A stretch of DNA of 51,831 bases from an uncultured Gammaproteobacteria bacterium. Its GTDB lineage: Bacteria; Patescibacteriota; Patescibacteriia; UBA2196. Below are positions 1-7,372 of the stretch, piece by piece; position 1 is the stretch's first letter, and every line of letters begins with the position of its first letter. Position numbers and translations under genes: made by a program. The DNA lies in assembly GCA_964488715.1 (NCBI GenBank), contig CAZAVD010000001.1, forward strand, positions 1-51,831. The letters run 5' to 3'. The notes below the pieces were generated by a model. The model saw only the letters and a program-made list of their open reading frames with translations, was not told the origin of the DNA and did no database searches.

Positions 1-101
1 TGGCCTTCAATAATTACATTGCCATCAGCTTTAAATTCACCTTCTACTTTTACACTTGGACCAATTATTGTTTCAACATCTTTAAAGTTTTCTTTAGACA
101 T
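1..101 (-). CDS. bactofilin-family protein, N-terminal fragment (gene continues beyond window start)
   Basis: Reverse-strand ATG at 101..99. It reads MSKENFKDVETIIGPSVKVEGEFKADGNVIIEG, a typical start of a bactofilin/DUF583 beta-helix. The gene is truncated, so it is absent from the ORF track. Confidence 0.55.
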   Translation of the reverse strand, partial: MSKENFKDVETIIGPSVKVEGEFKADGNVIIEG

Positions 102-118
102 AATTTTTTAGTCAGCGA

Positions 119-152
119 GTTGGCTCCTGGCTGTGCCTGGAGCCATTTTGTT
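119..152. repeat. 34-bp hairpin repeat, copy A
   Basis: GTTGGCTCCTGGCTGTGCCTGGAGCCATTTTGTT with a GGCTCC/GGAGCC stem. A near-identical direct copy lies at 1231..1264 and an inverted copy lies inside a CDS at 11591..11620. Confidence 0.8.
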
Positions 153-256
153 CAGGCTGATTAATACTATTAATAGTAAATTCTATTCTTTTAGCTTATA
201 TTTATTTTTAAATATTGTAAAGCGACTTTAAATAAGCTAGAATTAAAACAAAATTA

Positions 257-331
257 GTCCCTGTAACTCAATGGATAGAGTGCGACCCTCCTAAGGTTGA
301 AATGCAGGTTCAACTCCTGCCAGGGACACCA
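257..331 (+). tRNA. tRNA-Arg (anticodon CCT), CCA encoded
   Basis: Cloverleaf read by eye: acceptor GTCCCTG/CAGGGAC, anticodon loop CTCCTAA, T-arm GCAGG-TTCAACT-CCTGC, then ACCA. Confidence 0.85.
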
Positions 332-340
332 GTGTTTTTG

Positions 341-500
341 TGTCATTCCGACCGAAGTGAGCGATTAGGGAATTTTAGGGAAGCGAACGAAGTGGAGGAA
401 TCTCTTAAATGTGTAAAAGGGATTTCTCAACAAGCTTGAAATGACAAAGTTTAAGAGATCCCTCGGCTCCTAGTAACCCTGATTGTCGCTCGGGATGACA
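341..500. mobile_element. 160-bp MITE-like palindromic element, copy 1
   Basis: Starts TGTCATTCCGACCGAAGTGAGCG and ends CGCTCGGGATGACA (terminal inverted repeats). The internal pair GGAATCTCTTAAA/TTTAAGAGATCCC also base-pairs. Near-identical copies lie at 11782..11941 and 15458..15592. Confidence 0.85.
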
Positions 501-644
501 TAAAAACACAATGACAAAACCTTATTTTTATGTCATAATATAGCCCCCTAAAATTTATGCTAATCATAGCCAAATTTTTTGTTTTTGTCCAGAATAGTCC
601 GGACAAAAACCAGCCATAAAACAGCATTTTTGTCAAACGGCTGG

Positions 645-807
645 CTTTTTTGGCGAAAAGTGCTGTTTTGGCTAATATTAGGAAAAATCGTTAAAAAACA
701 CCTGTTTTTGAAAAAAGACAGGTTTTTTTGGCGAAAAGTGCTGTTTTGGCTAATATTAGGAAAAATCGTTAAAAAACACCTGTTTTTGAAAAAAGACAGG
801 TTTTTTT
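645..807. repeat. tandem duplication, 2 x 78 bp
   Basis: TGGCGAAAAGTGCTGTTTTGGCTAATATTAGGAAAAATCGTTAAAAAACACCTGTTTTTGAAAAAAGACAGGTTTTTT starts at 651 and again at 729. Each unit ends in an ACCTGT/ACAGGT hairpin followed by a T-run. Confidence 0.9.
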
Positions 808-1230
808 CAAAACAGTGTTTTCGCAAAAAATGAGTTATTTTTTAGAAAAATTGTTCCATATGGAACAATTTGCCTGTGATTTTTCTAAAAATATTATGTT
901 TTAGGACAAACTTATTCATTGTTCCATATGGAACAATGCAAAAATGTCCAGAGTAGCCTAGACAAATGTGAAATAAATGTGGAAAAGTCAGGAAAAATCA
1001 GTATTTTGGTGGATAACATGTTCCATATGGAACAATTTAAAAAAACAAAAAATGTCCAGAGTAGTCCGGACAAATCTAGTTTTTATTTTTTTAAAATATT
1101 TTTATGCTAATATTAGTTAAAAGACATTGTTCCATATGGAACAATCACAAAAAATACTAAAAAATGTCCGGACTACTCTGGACAAATTGTGAATAAATAC
1201 ACCAAAAACACGATTTTGGTGGAAAAATTT

Positions 1231-1264
1231 GTTGGCTCCTTGCTGTTCCTGGAGCCATTTTGTT
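1231..1264. repeat. 34-bp hairpin repeat, copy B
   Basis: GTTGGCTCCTTGCTGTTCCTGGAGCCATTTTGTT. Differs from copy A (119..152) at 2 loop positions. Confidence 0.8.
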
Positions 1265-1337
1265 AAAAATCTATTTCAAATTAAAAATCTGTTCAGAACT
1301 ATTTTGCGAATGCAAAATTGTTCGGAACTTTTTCTTC

Positions 1338-1363
1338 TGTCATTCCTGCGAAGGCATGGATCC
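1338..1363. repeat. short GC-rich palindromic element (TGTCATYCCTGCGAAGGCAKGGATCC family)
   Basis: TGTCATTCCTGCGAAGGCATGGATCC. The same 26-mer family occurs at 4491..4516, 40484..40512 (inverted) and 44452..44477 (inverted). Confidence 0.8.
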
Positions 1364-1509
1364 ATATTAATAAATATATTAATATATTAAAAAGTTCCGA
1401 ACAGTCTCTAATTCCGCTTCGCTCCATTAGAGCCAAGTTCTAAATAGGATTTTCCAAAAATAAAAAGCCCAATGTTCCATATGGAACATTGGGGGGGGTA
1501 ACAAATTTT

Positions 1510-1728
1510 TTATTCTCCAACTTCCTCTGGTTTAATTCCTTTTTGTTTAAGAAATTTTTGCCAAATTAGTTCTTCTTTTTTCTCTTGCTTAAAATTATAT
1601 ACATCTTTGCCGGTTTTAGCACAAAAACTGCCAGTTTTGTGAATTTGACCACAGACAGGACATTTATGTGTCTCTACCAGTTTTTCTGCATTTGCCCCAC
1701 AATTCGCGCAAAATTTGTTTTGACTCAT
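1510..1728 (-). CDS. small zinc-ribbon protein
   Basis: 72-aa ORF with CxxC...CxxC (CANCG, CPVCG). A GGAGG Shine-Dalgarno sequence lies about 8 nt upstream of the ATG. Confidence 0.6.
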   Translation of the reverse strand: MSQNKFCANCGANAEKLVETHKCPVCGQIHKTGSFCAKTGKDVYNFKQEKKEELIWQKFLKQKGIKPEEVGE

Positions 1729-1963
1729 TTTCTACCTCCAAATTAATTTTTAATAAGAACGAATTATTAGATGATTATATATCAAAATATTATTATTGTT
1801 ATATATGACACATATGCAGGCTAACATTAGCACAAATGCATAGTATGGTGTCAGAAATGTTGACACATTTATTATAATTTGCTATACTTATTATAGCAAT
1901 ATCCTTAACAAATAATTCTTAAAAATAGCTAATTTCAAGGAGCGGTACTCCTTAAAATAGGTA

Positions 1964-1992
1964 TTGACATATATTGTTCCATATATTATACT
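1964..1992 (+). promoter_or_regulatory. sigma70-type promoter TTGACA-17-TATACT with a palindrome half-site in the spacer
   Basis: TTGACA at 1964..1969 and TATACT at 1987..1992. The spacer contains ATTGTTCCATAT, half of the 850..1490 palindrome. The TTG start listed in the ORF track at 1964 is the -35 box. Confidence 0.6.
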
Positions 1993-2044
1993 AAATATGT
2001 GGAGTTATAGTCCACATATTTTTAATAAAATAATCCAAAAATTT

Positions 2045-3166
2045 ATGTTAAAACGATTTTACAAATTAAAAAAATTACTTAAAAAACAAAAAGTTTTAGT
2101 GGTCTATGGACCAAGAAGAATTGGAAAAACAACACTTTTGAATGACTTTTTATCTAAAACTAGCTTAAAATATAAGCTTGGTTCTGGTGATAATATTAAA
2201 ATCAGAGAAATTTTAAGTTCGGATGATTTTGATAAAATTTTAGAATATGCTGGCAAGAAAGATCTTGTAGCCATTGATGAAGCACAACATATTCCAAATA
2301 TTGGATATGGTTTAAAGATTTTAGTTGATCAAGTGTTTGATTTAATGGTTATTGCTATAGGCTCTTCTTCTTTTGATTTATCTCAAAAAATAGGTGAACC
2401 ATTAACTGGCAGGAAAAGGACAATAATTTTATATCCTTTAGCTCAACTAGAGCTTTTAGACAAATATAATAATTATGAATTAAAAGAAAAATTAGAGGAA
2501 TTTTTAATATTTGGTTCTTATCCAGAAGTTCTAACAGCTAAAAATAAAACAGAAAAAATTCGAGTTTTACAGGAATTAGTTGATTCATATTTGCTTAAAG
2601 ACATTTTAAATTTAGAAAGAATTAAATCTTCAAAACAATTATTAGATTTACTGAAATTGATTGCTTTTCAGGTTGGCAACCAAGTATCATTGAGCGAACT
2701 GGCTACCCAGGTTGGTTTAGATGTTAAAACCGTTGGTCGTTATTTGGATTTATTGGAAAAATCTTTTGTGATTAAAAGATTGGGCTGCTTTAGTCGTAAT
2801 TTAAGAAAAGAGGTTGTGAGTAAGGGTAAATATTATTTTTTAGATAACGGAATTAGGAATGCAATCATCTCACAATTTAATAATTTGGCAGATAGAAATG
2901 ATGTTGGTGCTTTGTTTGAAAATTTTATATTTACTGAAAGACTGAAATGTAGGGATTATAAAAACATTATTGGTTCAACTTATTTCTGGCGAACTTATGA
3001 TGGTCAAGAAATAGATTTGATTGAAGAAAGAGAAGGAAAACTTTTTGGTTTTGAAATTAAATGGGGAAATAAAAAAATAAAAAAACCAAAAGATTGGTTA
3101 GCAACTTACGAAAATGCTGAATACAAAATTATTAATCAAGATAATTATTTAGATTTTATAACTTAA
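2045..3166 (+). CDS. AAA-family ATPase with DUF4143-like C-terminus
   Basis: Walker A GPRRIGKTT and Walker B VAIDEAQ. The architecture is typical of AAA_14/DUF4143 proteins. The ATG at 2045 is preferred because the upstream part of the ORF is the promoter. Confidence 0.7.
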   Translation: MLKRFYKLKKLLKKQKVLVVYGPRRIGKTTLLNDFLSKTSLKYKLGSGDNIKIREILSSDDFDKILEYAGKKDLVAIDEAQHIPNIGYGLKILVDQVFDLMVIAIGSSSFDLSQKIGEPLTGRKRTIILYPLAQLELLDKYNNYELKEKLEEFLIFGSYPEVLTAKNKTEKIRVLQELVDSYLLKDILNLERIKSSKQLLDLLKLIAFQVGNQVSLSELATQVGLDVKTVGRYLDLLEKSFVIKRLGCFSRNLRKEVVSKGKYYFLDNGIRNAIISQFNNLADRNDVGALFENFIFTERLKCRDYKNIIGSTYFWRTYDGQEIDLIEEREGKLFGFEIKWGNKKIKKPKDWLATYENAEYKIINQDNYLDFIT

Positions 3167-3174
3167 ATTTAAAC

Positions 3175-3903
3175 ATGATAGAACAAAAAGTTTTACAAGA
3201 CATGGGATTAAGTGAAATAGAAGCTAAAGTGTATTTGGCTGTTTTGGAGCTGGGCAATGCTAGTGTTTTGGAAATTGCCAAAAAAGCGCAAGTTAAACGC
3301 CCAACTTGCTATTTAAGTCTGGATAATTTATTTAATAAAGGATTTGCAAGTAAAATACAGAAAAAAAGCACTACTCTATATACAGCAGAAAAGCCAAGTA
3401 TTTTATTAAATAAATTTAGAGAAAAAATAAACAACTTTAAAGATTTGTTGCCTTTTTTTGAAGCTAAATTTAATAAAGGTTCAAAGCCTAAAATTAGATA
3501 TTATGAAGGCAAGGAAGAGTTGTGGAATATCTATACAAAAATTTTATTTCCAGCTCAAGAAATATATTTTTTTGGCACTGATGTAGAAAAAATAATGCAA
3601 GTTTTTCCAGATTTATTTGAGTATTGGATTAAGAATTTTATTGAAAAGTATAAAAATTCAAAAGAAATTATTTCACATGACAAAGCTGGTTTGGATTATG
3701 TTAAAAAACATGGCAAACAACGACCAATTAAAATTATGCCTAAAGATTTGCCTGTGTTTGCTGATTCTGTAATTACAGATAATAAATTATTTATTGTTAG
3801 TTTGGATAACTTGTTTGGAGTTTTAATTGAATCAGAAGACCTAGCAAAAACATATAAAAACTTCTTCCTTTTAGCCTGGCGCGCAGCTGAAGAGGTGAAA
3901 TAG
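3175..3903 (+). CDS. TrmB-family transcriptional regulator
   Basis: N-terminal winged HTH: GLSEIEAKVYLAVLELGNASVLEIAKKAQVKRPTCYLSLDNLFNKGF. Length 242 aa. Confidence 0.7.
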   Translation: MIEQKVLQDMGLSEIEAKVYLAVLELGNASVLEIAKKAQVKRPTCYLSLDNLFNKGFASKIQKKSTTLYTAEKPSILLNKFREKINNFKDLLPFFEAKFNKGSKPKIRYYEGKEELWNIYTKILFPAQEIYFFGTDVEKIMQVFPDLFEYWIKNFIEKYKNSKEIISHDKAGLDYVKKHGKQRPIKIMPKDLPVFADSVITDNKLFIVSLDNLFGVLIESEDLAKTYKNFFLLAWRAAEEVK

Positions 3904-3964
3904 AATGGTTGACAGTTGACTATTGACAGTAAACAGTCAACTATGTTATTAGTGAAGTATAAGA

Positions 3965-5518
3965 ATGAATAAAATAGTTTCAAAACAAATTATAAACAAC
4001 CTTTTAAAAACTCTGCCTCAAAACCATGCAGAGATTTTGGATTGGAAAAGAAAAATTAGTAAAAAATATAAAATAAAATTATTGCAAAATTCAGAATTGA
4101 TTGAAACTATAAATAAAAACAAACTAAAAATAACTAAAAATTTAGAGTTATTATTAAGAAAGCGAGCCGTACGAACAAGCTCGGGTGTGTCTGTAATTAC
4201 TGTTTTAACAAAACCATATAAATGCCCAGGAAAATGTATTTATTGTCCTTCAGAGCCAAAAATGCCTAAAAGCTATCTTTCCAACGAGCCAGCAGCTCAA
4301 CGCGCTTTAAAATTAAAATTTGATCCAATTAAACAAGTTCAAATGCGTATTAAAGCTTTAGAAGCTAATGGACATGAAGTTGATAAAATTGAATTATTAG
4401 TTTTAGGTGGAAGCTTTACTGCTTATACAAAAAAATATCAAGAAAAATTTATTAGAGATTGTTTTTATGCTGTTAATAATTATTCTTCTCTGTCATCCCT
4501 GCGAAGGCAGGGATCCAGTCGTTTAAAACAAGAGCAAAAAATTAACGAGCAGACTAAATACAAAATCATTGGCATTACTTTAGAAACCCGCCCAGATGAA
4601 ATTAATTTAGACACTATTAATTTTTTTAGACAATTAGGATGCACGCGCGTGCAATTAGGTATTCAACATATTGATAACAAAATTTTAAAATTAAACAAAA
4701 GAGGGCATAATGTTGAAGAATCAATAAAAGCAACAAAACTATTAAAAAATCATGGTTTTAAGGTTGATCATCATTATATGCCAGATTTATTAGGATCAAC
4801 TCCTGCAAAAGATTTATCAATGATGAAAAAAGTTTTTATTGATCAAGATTTTAAACCAGATCAAATAAAAATATATCCATGTGTTGTTAATAAATATGCA
4901 GAAATTTATAAATTATATAAAGACAAAAAATACAAACCATATTCTGAAAATAAATTAAAAAAATTATTAGAAAATATTAAAAAAATAACTCCACATTGGA
5001 TTAGAATAAATAGATTAATTCGCGACATTCCAGAAGAGTCTATTGTTGCTGGAAATAAAATCACAAATTTGAGACAATATTTAAAAGTTAAATGTAAATG
5101 CATTAGATGTAGGGAAGTAGGACTTCAGAAAATTAAAAAACAAAAAATAAAATTATTTATAAATAAATACAAAGCATCAGACGGCACAGAATATTTTATT
5201 AGTTATGAATCAAAAGACAGAAAAATTTTATATGGTTTTTTGCGATTGCGTTTTAATAATCCAAATGCTAAATTAGCTTTTTCTGTTTTAAAAGATTCAG
5301 TTTTAATTCGTGAATTACATGTGTATGGACAAATGACACCTGTTAGTGATAAACTAAAATCGTCAATACAACATAAAGGTTTAGGTAAAAAGTTGCTTCA
5401 ACAAGCAGAAAAAATATCTAAACAAAATCACTTTAAAAAAATCGCTGGTAGAGAATATTATAAAAAATTTGGATATAAATTAAACTCAACATATTTAGTT
5501 AAAAAAATCTTGAATTAA
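3965..5518 (+). CDS. elp3: Elp3-like radical SAM / GNAT enzyme (tRNA wobble-uridine modification family)
   Basis: Radical-SAM cluster motif CPGKCIYCP. Also ETRPD, QLGIQH, and a C-terminal GNAT region (HKGLGKKLLQQAE...YYKKFGY). Confidence 0.75.
   Translation: MNKIVSKQIINNLLKTLPQNHAEILDWKRKISKKYKIKLLQNSELIETINKNKLKITKNLELLLRKRAVRTSSGVSVITVLTKPYKCPGKCIYCPSEPKMPKSYLSNEPAAQRALKLKFDPIKQVQMRIKALEANGHEVDKIELLVLGGSFTAYTKKYQEKFIRDCFYAVNNYSSLSSLRRQGSSRLKQEQKINEQTKYKIIGITLETRPDEINLDTINFFRQLGCTRVQLGIQHIDNKILKLNKRGHNVEESIKATKLLKNHGFKVDHHYMPDLLGSTPAKDLSMMKKVFIDQDFKPDQIKIYPCVVNKYAEIYKLYKDKKYKPYSENKLKKLLENIKKITPHWIRINRLIRDIPEESIVAGNKITNLRQYLKVKCKCIRCREVGLQKIKKQKIKLFINKYKASDGTEYFISYESKDRKILYGFLRLRFNNPNAKLAFSVLKDSVLIRELHVYGQMTPVSDKLKSSIQHKGLGKKLLQQAEKISKQNHFKKIAGREYYKKFGYKLNSTYLVKKILN
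4491..4516. repeat. GC-rich palindromic element inserted in frame in elp3
   Basis: TGTCATCCCTGCGAAGGCAGGGATCC. Translated as part of SSLSSLRRQGSSRL. Confidence 0.75.
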
Positions 5519-5596
5519 TTGGGATTTTTTTCTTGATTTAAAATCATAAAAATGCTAGACTGATATTATGTAATAATTTAAAATTTTTTTAATTAT

Positions 5597-5671
5597 GGTG
5601 GCTATGGTGTAGTGGTAACACAGGAGCTTGTGGTGCTCTTATCGAGGGTTCAATTCCCTCTAGTCACCCCA
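5597..5671 (+). tRNA. tRNA-His (anticodon GTG) with G-1, CCA encoded
   Basis: G-1 followed by acceptor GTGGCTA/TAGTCAC. Anticodon loop TTGTGGT. T-arm GAGGG-TTCAATT-CCCTC. Confidence 0.85.
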
Positions 5672-5677
5672 TAAGAA

Positions 5678-5709
5678 CATTCCCGAGTTCTCGGGAGTGT
5701 TTTTGTTTT
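5678..5709 (+). terminator. rho-independent terminator after tRNA-His
   Basis: CATTCCCGAG-TT-CTCGGGAGTG stem followed by TTTTTGTTTT. Confidence 0.6.
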
Positions 5710-5808
5710 ATTAAGATTTACGTAATCGTTTACATAAATGATTACGTAAACAAAATTTTATCAAATAAAAAACCCACAATCGCGAATGCGTTTGTGGGTT
5801 TTTGCAAT

Positions 5809-6030
5809 CTACCCATGGGGAAATTTTTTTTTGTCTAATTCAATCTCAATATCATCATTCTCAGTATCATTAAGGCTTTTGTGGGTTCTCTTTATGTTCT
5901 GATGTATTATTTCTTTTATATCAGATTTTAAAGAGGCAGGAATCATCTCGTAAGCTAGATTTTTGATGTCTAGCCCCAAAAAATGGGCAACAATCAAAAT
6001 GATAAGACCAATTTTCCTTAATAATTTCAT
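5809..6030 (-). CDS. small hypothetical protein with N-terminal TM helix
   Basis: 73-aa ORF. A GGAGGTG Shine-Dalgarno sequence lies upstream of the ATG at 6030. Hydrophobic N-terminus IGLIILIVAHFLGL. Confidence 0.45.
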   Translation of the reverse strand: MKLLRKIGLIILIVAHFLGLDIKNLAYEMIPASLKSDIKEIIHQNIKRTHKSLNDTENDDIEIELDKKKFPHG

Positions 6031-6163
6031 ATCACCTCCAAATATAATTTAATTTAATTATTAATTTAATCTAGCAAGTTTATTGTTTTTTGTCAAGGTG
6101 TTTGCTATAATTAACGCATAAAATTAATAAGGACAGGTTATAAACCTGTCCTTACAAAAAAAT

Positions 6164-7201
6164 ATGTCTTTACAAAAAATATTTGAACTTGCTGTTAATA
6201 AAAAAGCATCTGATGTGCATATTTTTGTTGGTAAGCCACCGATTTTAAGAGTTAATGGAGAGTTAAAATTAGTAAAAAATATTGAAGAACTAAATGCCAA
6301 AGATGTTGAAAATTTAATTACTGATATTCTTACTCCAGAACAAAAAGAAAAATTTTTAACTGAAAAAGAATTAGATACATCATATGAATTGTCTGATGGA
6401 GACCGCTTAAGAGTTAATTGTTTTTTTGAAAAAGATAATCCTGGATTAGTTGCGCGAATTGTTCCATCTAAAATTCCTTCAATGGAAGATGTAATGTTGC
6501 CAGAAATTGCTTATGAATTAACACGGCGTCAACGAGGATTAGTTTTAGTTACTGGTCCTACTGGTTGTGGGAAATCAACAACATTGGCTGCTATGATTGA
6601 TTTGATTAATAACGAACGATCAGTTAATATCGTGACCTTAGAAGATCCAATTGAGTTTGTTTTTAAACCAATAAAATCAATTATTAAACAAAGGCAAGTT
6701 GGAACTGATACAAAAGCTTTTCCTCAGGGCTTAAAACATATTTTGCGCCAAGATCCAAATGTGATTATGGTTGGCGAAATGCGTGATTTGGAAACCATTG
6801 CTACAACTTTAACTTTAGCTGAAACAGGGCATTTGGTTTTTGCAACTTTGCACACAAATAATGCAGCAGAAACAATTGATCGTGTAATTGATGTTTTTCC
6901 TCCCCATCAACAAGAGCAAATTCGTGTTCAGCTTTCAATGGTCTTGGCTGGAGTAATTGCCCAACAATTAATTCCTAAAAAAGATGGCAATCGTATTTCA
7001 GCGCGAGAAATTATGATTAAAAATTCAGCTATTGCCAATTTAATTCGTGAAAGTAAAACAGCTCAAATTCGCAGTGTAATTCAAACATCTAGTAATGAAA
7101 AAATGGTTTCAATGGATCAGGATTTACAAAGACTATATAAAGAAAAATTAATTGATAAAGAAATCGCAGATTTGTATATGATGGATGGTAAAGTGAAATA
7201 A
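6164..7201 (+). CDS. pilT: type IV pilus retraction ATPase PilT
   Basis: 345 aa. Walker A GPTGCGKST. Also DPIEF, MVGEMRD and ATLHTN, characteristic of PilT/PilU. Confidence 0.9.
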   Translation: MSLQKIFELAVNKKASDVHIFVGKPPILRVNGELKLVKNIEELNAKDVENLITDILTPEQKEKFLTEKELDTSYELSDGDRLRVNCFFEKDNPGLVARIVPSKIPSMEDVMLPEIAYELTRRQRGLVLVTGPTGCGKSTTLAAMIDLINNERSVNIVTLEDPIEFVFKPIKSIIKQRQVGTDTKAFPQGLKHILRQDPNVIMVGEMRDLETIATTLTLAETGHLVFATLHTNNAAETIDRVIDVFPPHQQEQIRVQLSMVLAGVIAQQLIPKKDGNRISAREIMIKNSAIANLIRESKTAQIRSVIQTSSNEKMVSMDQDLQRLYKEKLIDKEIADLYMMDGKVK

Positions 7202-7206
7202 AAAAA

Positions 7207-7279
7207 TGCCCCCACCAGGACTTGAACCTGGGACCGTCAGCTTAAGAGGCTGCTGCTCTACCAACTGAGCTATAAGGGC
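7207..7279 (-). tRNA. tRNA-Lys (anticodon CTT), no encoded CCA
   Basis: The reverse complement reads GCCCTTATAGCTCAGTTGGTAGAGCAGCAGCCTCTTAAGCTGACGGTCCCAGGTTCAAGTCCTGGTGGGGGCA. Confidence 0.85.
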
Positions 7280-7283
7280 AAAA

Positions 7284-7361
7284 TGGTGCGCCTGGAGGGA
7301 GTCGAACCCCCAAACCTTTTGGTCCGAAGCCAAACGCTCTATCCAGTTGAGCTACAGGCGC
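7284..7361 (-). tRNA. tRNA-Arg (anticodon TCG), CCA encoded
   Basis: The reverse complement reads GCGCCTGTAGCTCAACTGGATAGAGCG...CTTCGGA...GGGGGTTCGACTCCCTCCAGGCGCACCA. Confidence 0.85.
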
Positions 7362-7372
7362 AAATTATGTTT

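Larger units (their letters stand above)
850..1490. repeat. array of five 16-20 bp perfect palindromes (A)TTGTTCCATATGGAACAA(T), interleaved with AAAAATGTCCrGAnTAnyCyrGACAAAT boxes
   Basis: Palindromes at 850..869, 918..937, 1019..1034, 1126..1145 and 1471..1490. GTCC..GGAC/GACAAA boxes at about 582..609, 945..967, 1050..1076 and 1162..1187. Confidence 0.85.

Noticed and set aside
645-807. Possible CRISPR array
   Set aside because: There are only two directly abutting 78-bp units with no unique spacers. No other regularly spaced short repeats and no cas genes occur anywhere in the window.
560-833. Mirror ORFs 560..826(-) and 579..833(+)
   Set aside because: Both are generated by the 78-bp tandem duplication and its T/A runs. 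The peptides are repetitive and low-complexity, and there is no SD. Treated as non-coding.
919-1110. ORF 919..1110(+)
   Set aside because: It starts and continues through the TTGTTCCATATGGAACAA palindromes (MFHMEQ appears twice). This is an artefact of the repeat array.
978-1226. Replication origin hypothesis for the repeat-rich region
   Set aside because: DnaA-box-like 9-mers lie at 978..986, 1008..1016 and 1218..1226, at 8/9, 8/9 and 7/9 to TTATCCACA. A lone perfect box lies at 18667..18675. None in the cluster is perfect, no dnaA/dnaN gene is nearby, and I cannot compute GC skew. Too weak to call.
1964-2044. TTG start at 1964 for the AAA ATPase ORF
   Set aside because: The TTG is the first base of a TTGACA -35 box of a well-spaced promoter. 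The ATG at 2045 gives a normal-length protein.
7148-7333. ORF 7148..7333(-)
   Set aside because: Lies across tRNA-Lys and tRNA-Arg.
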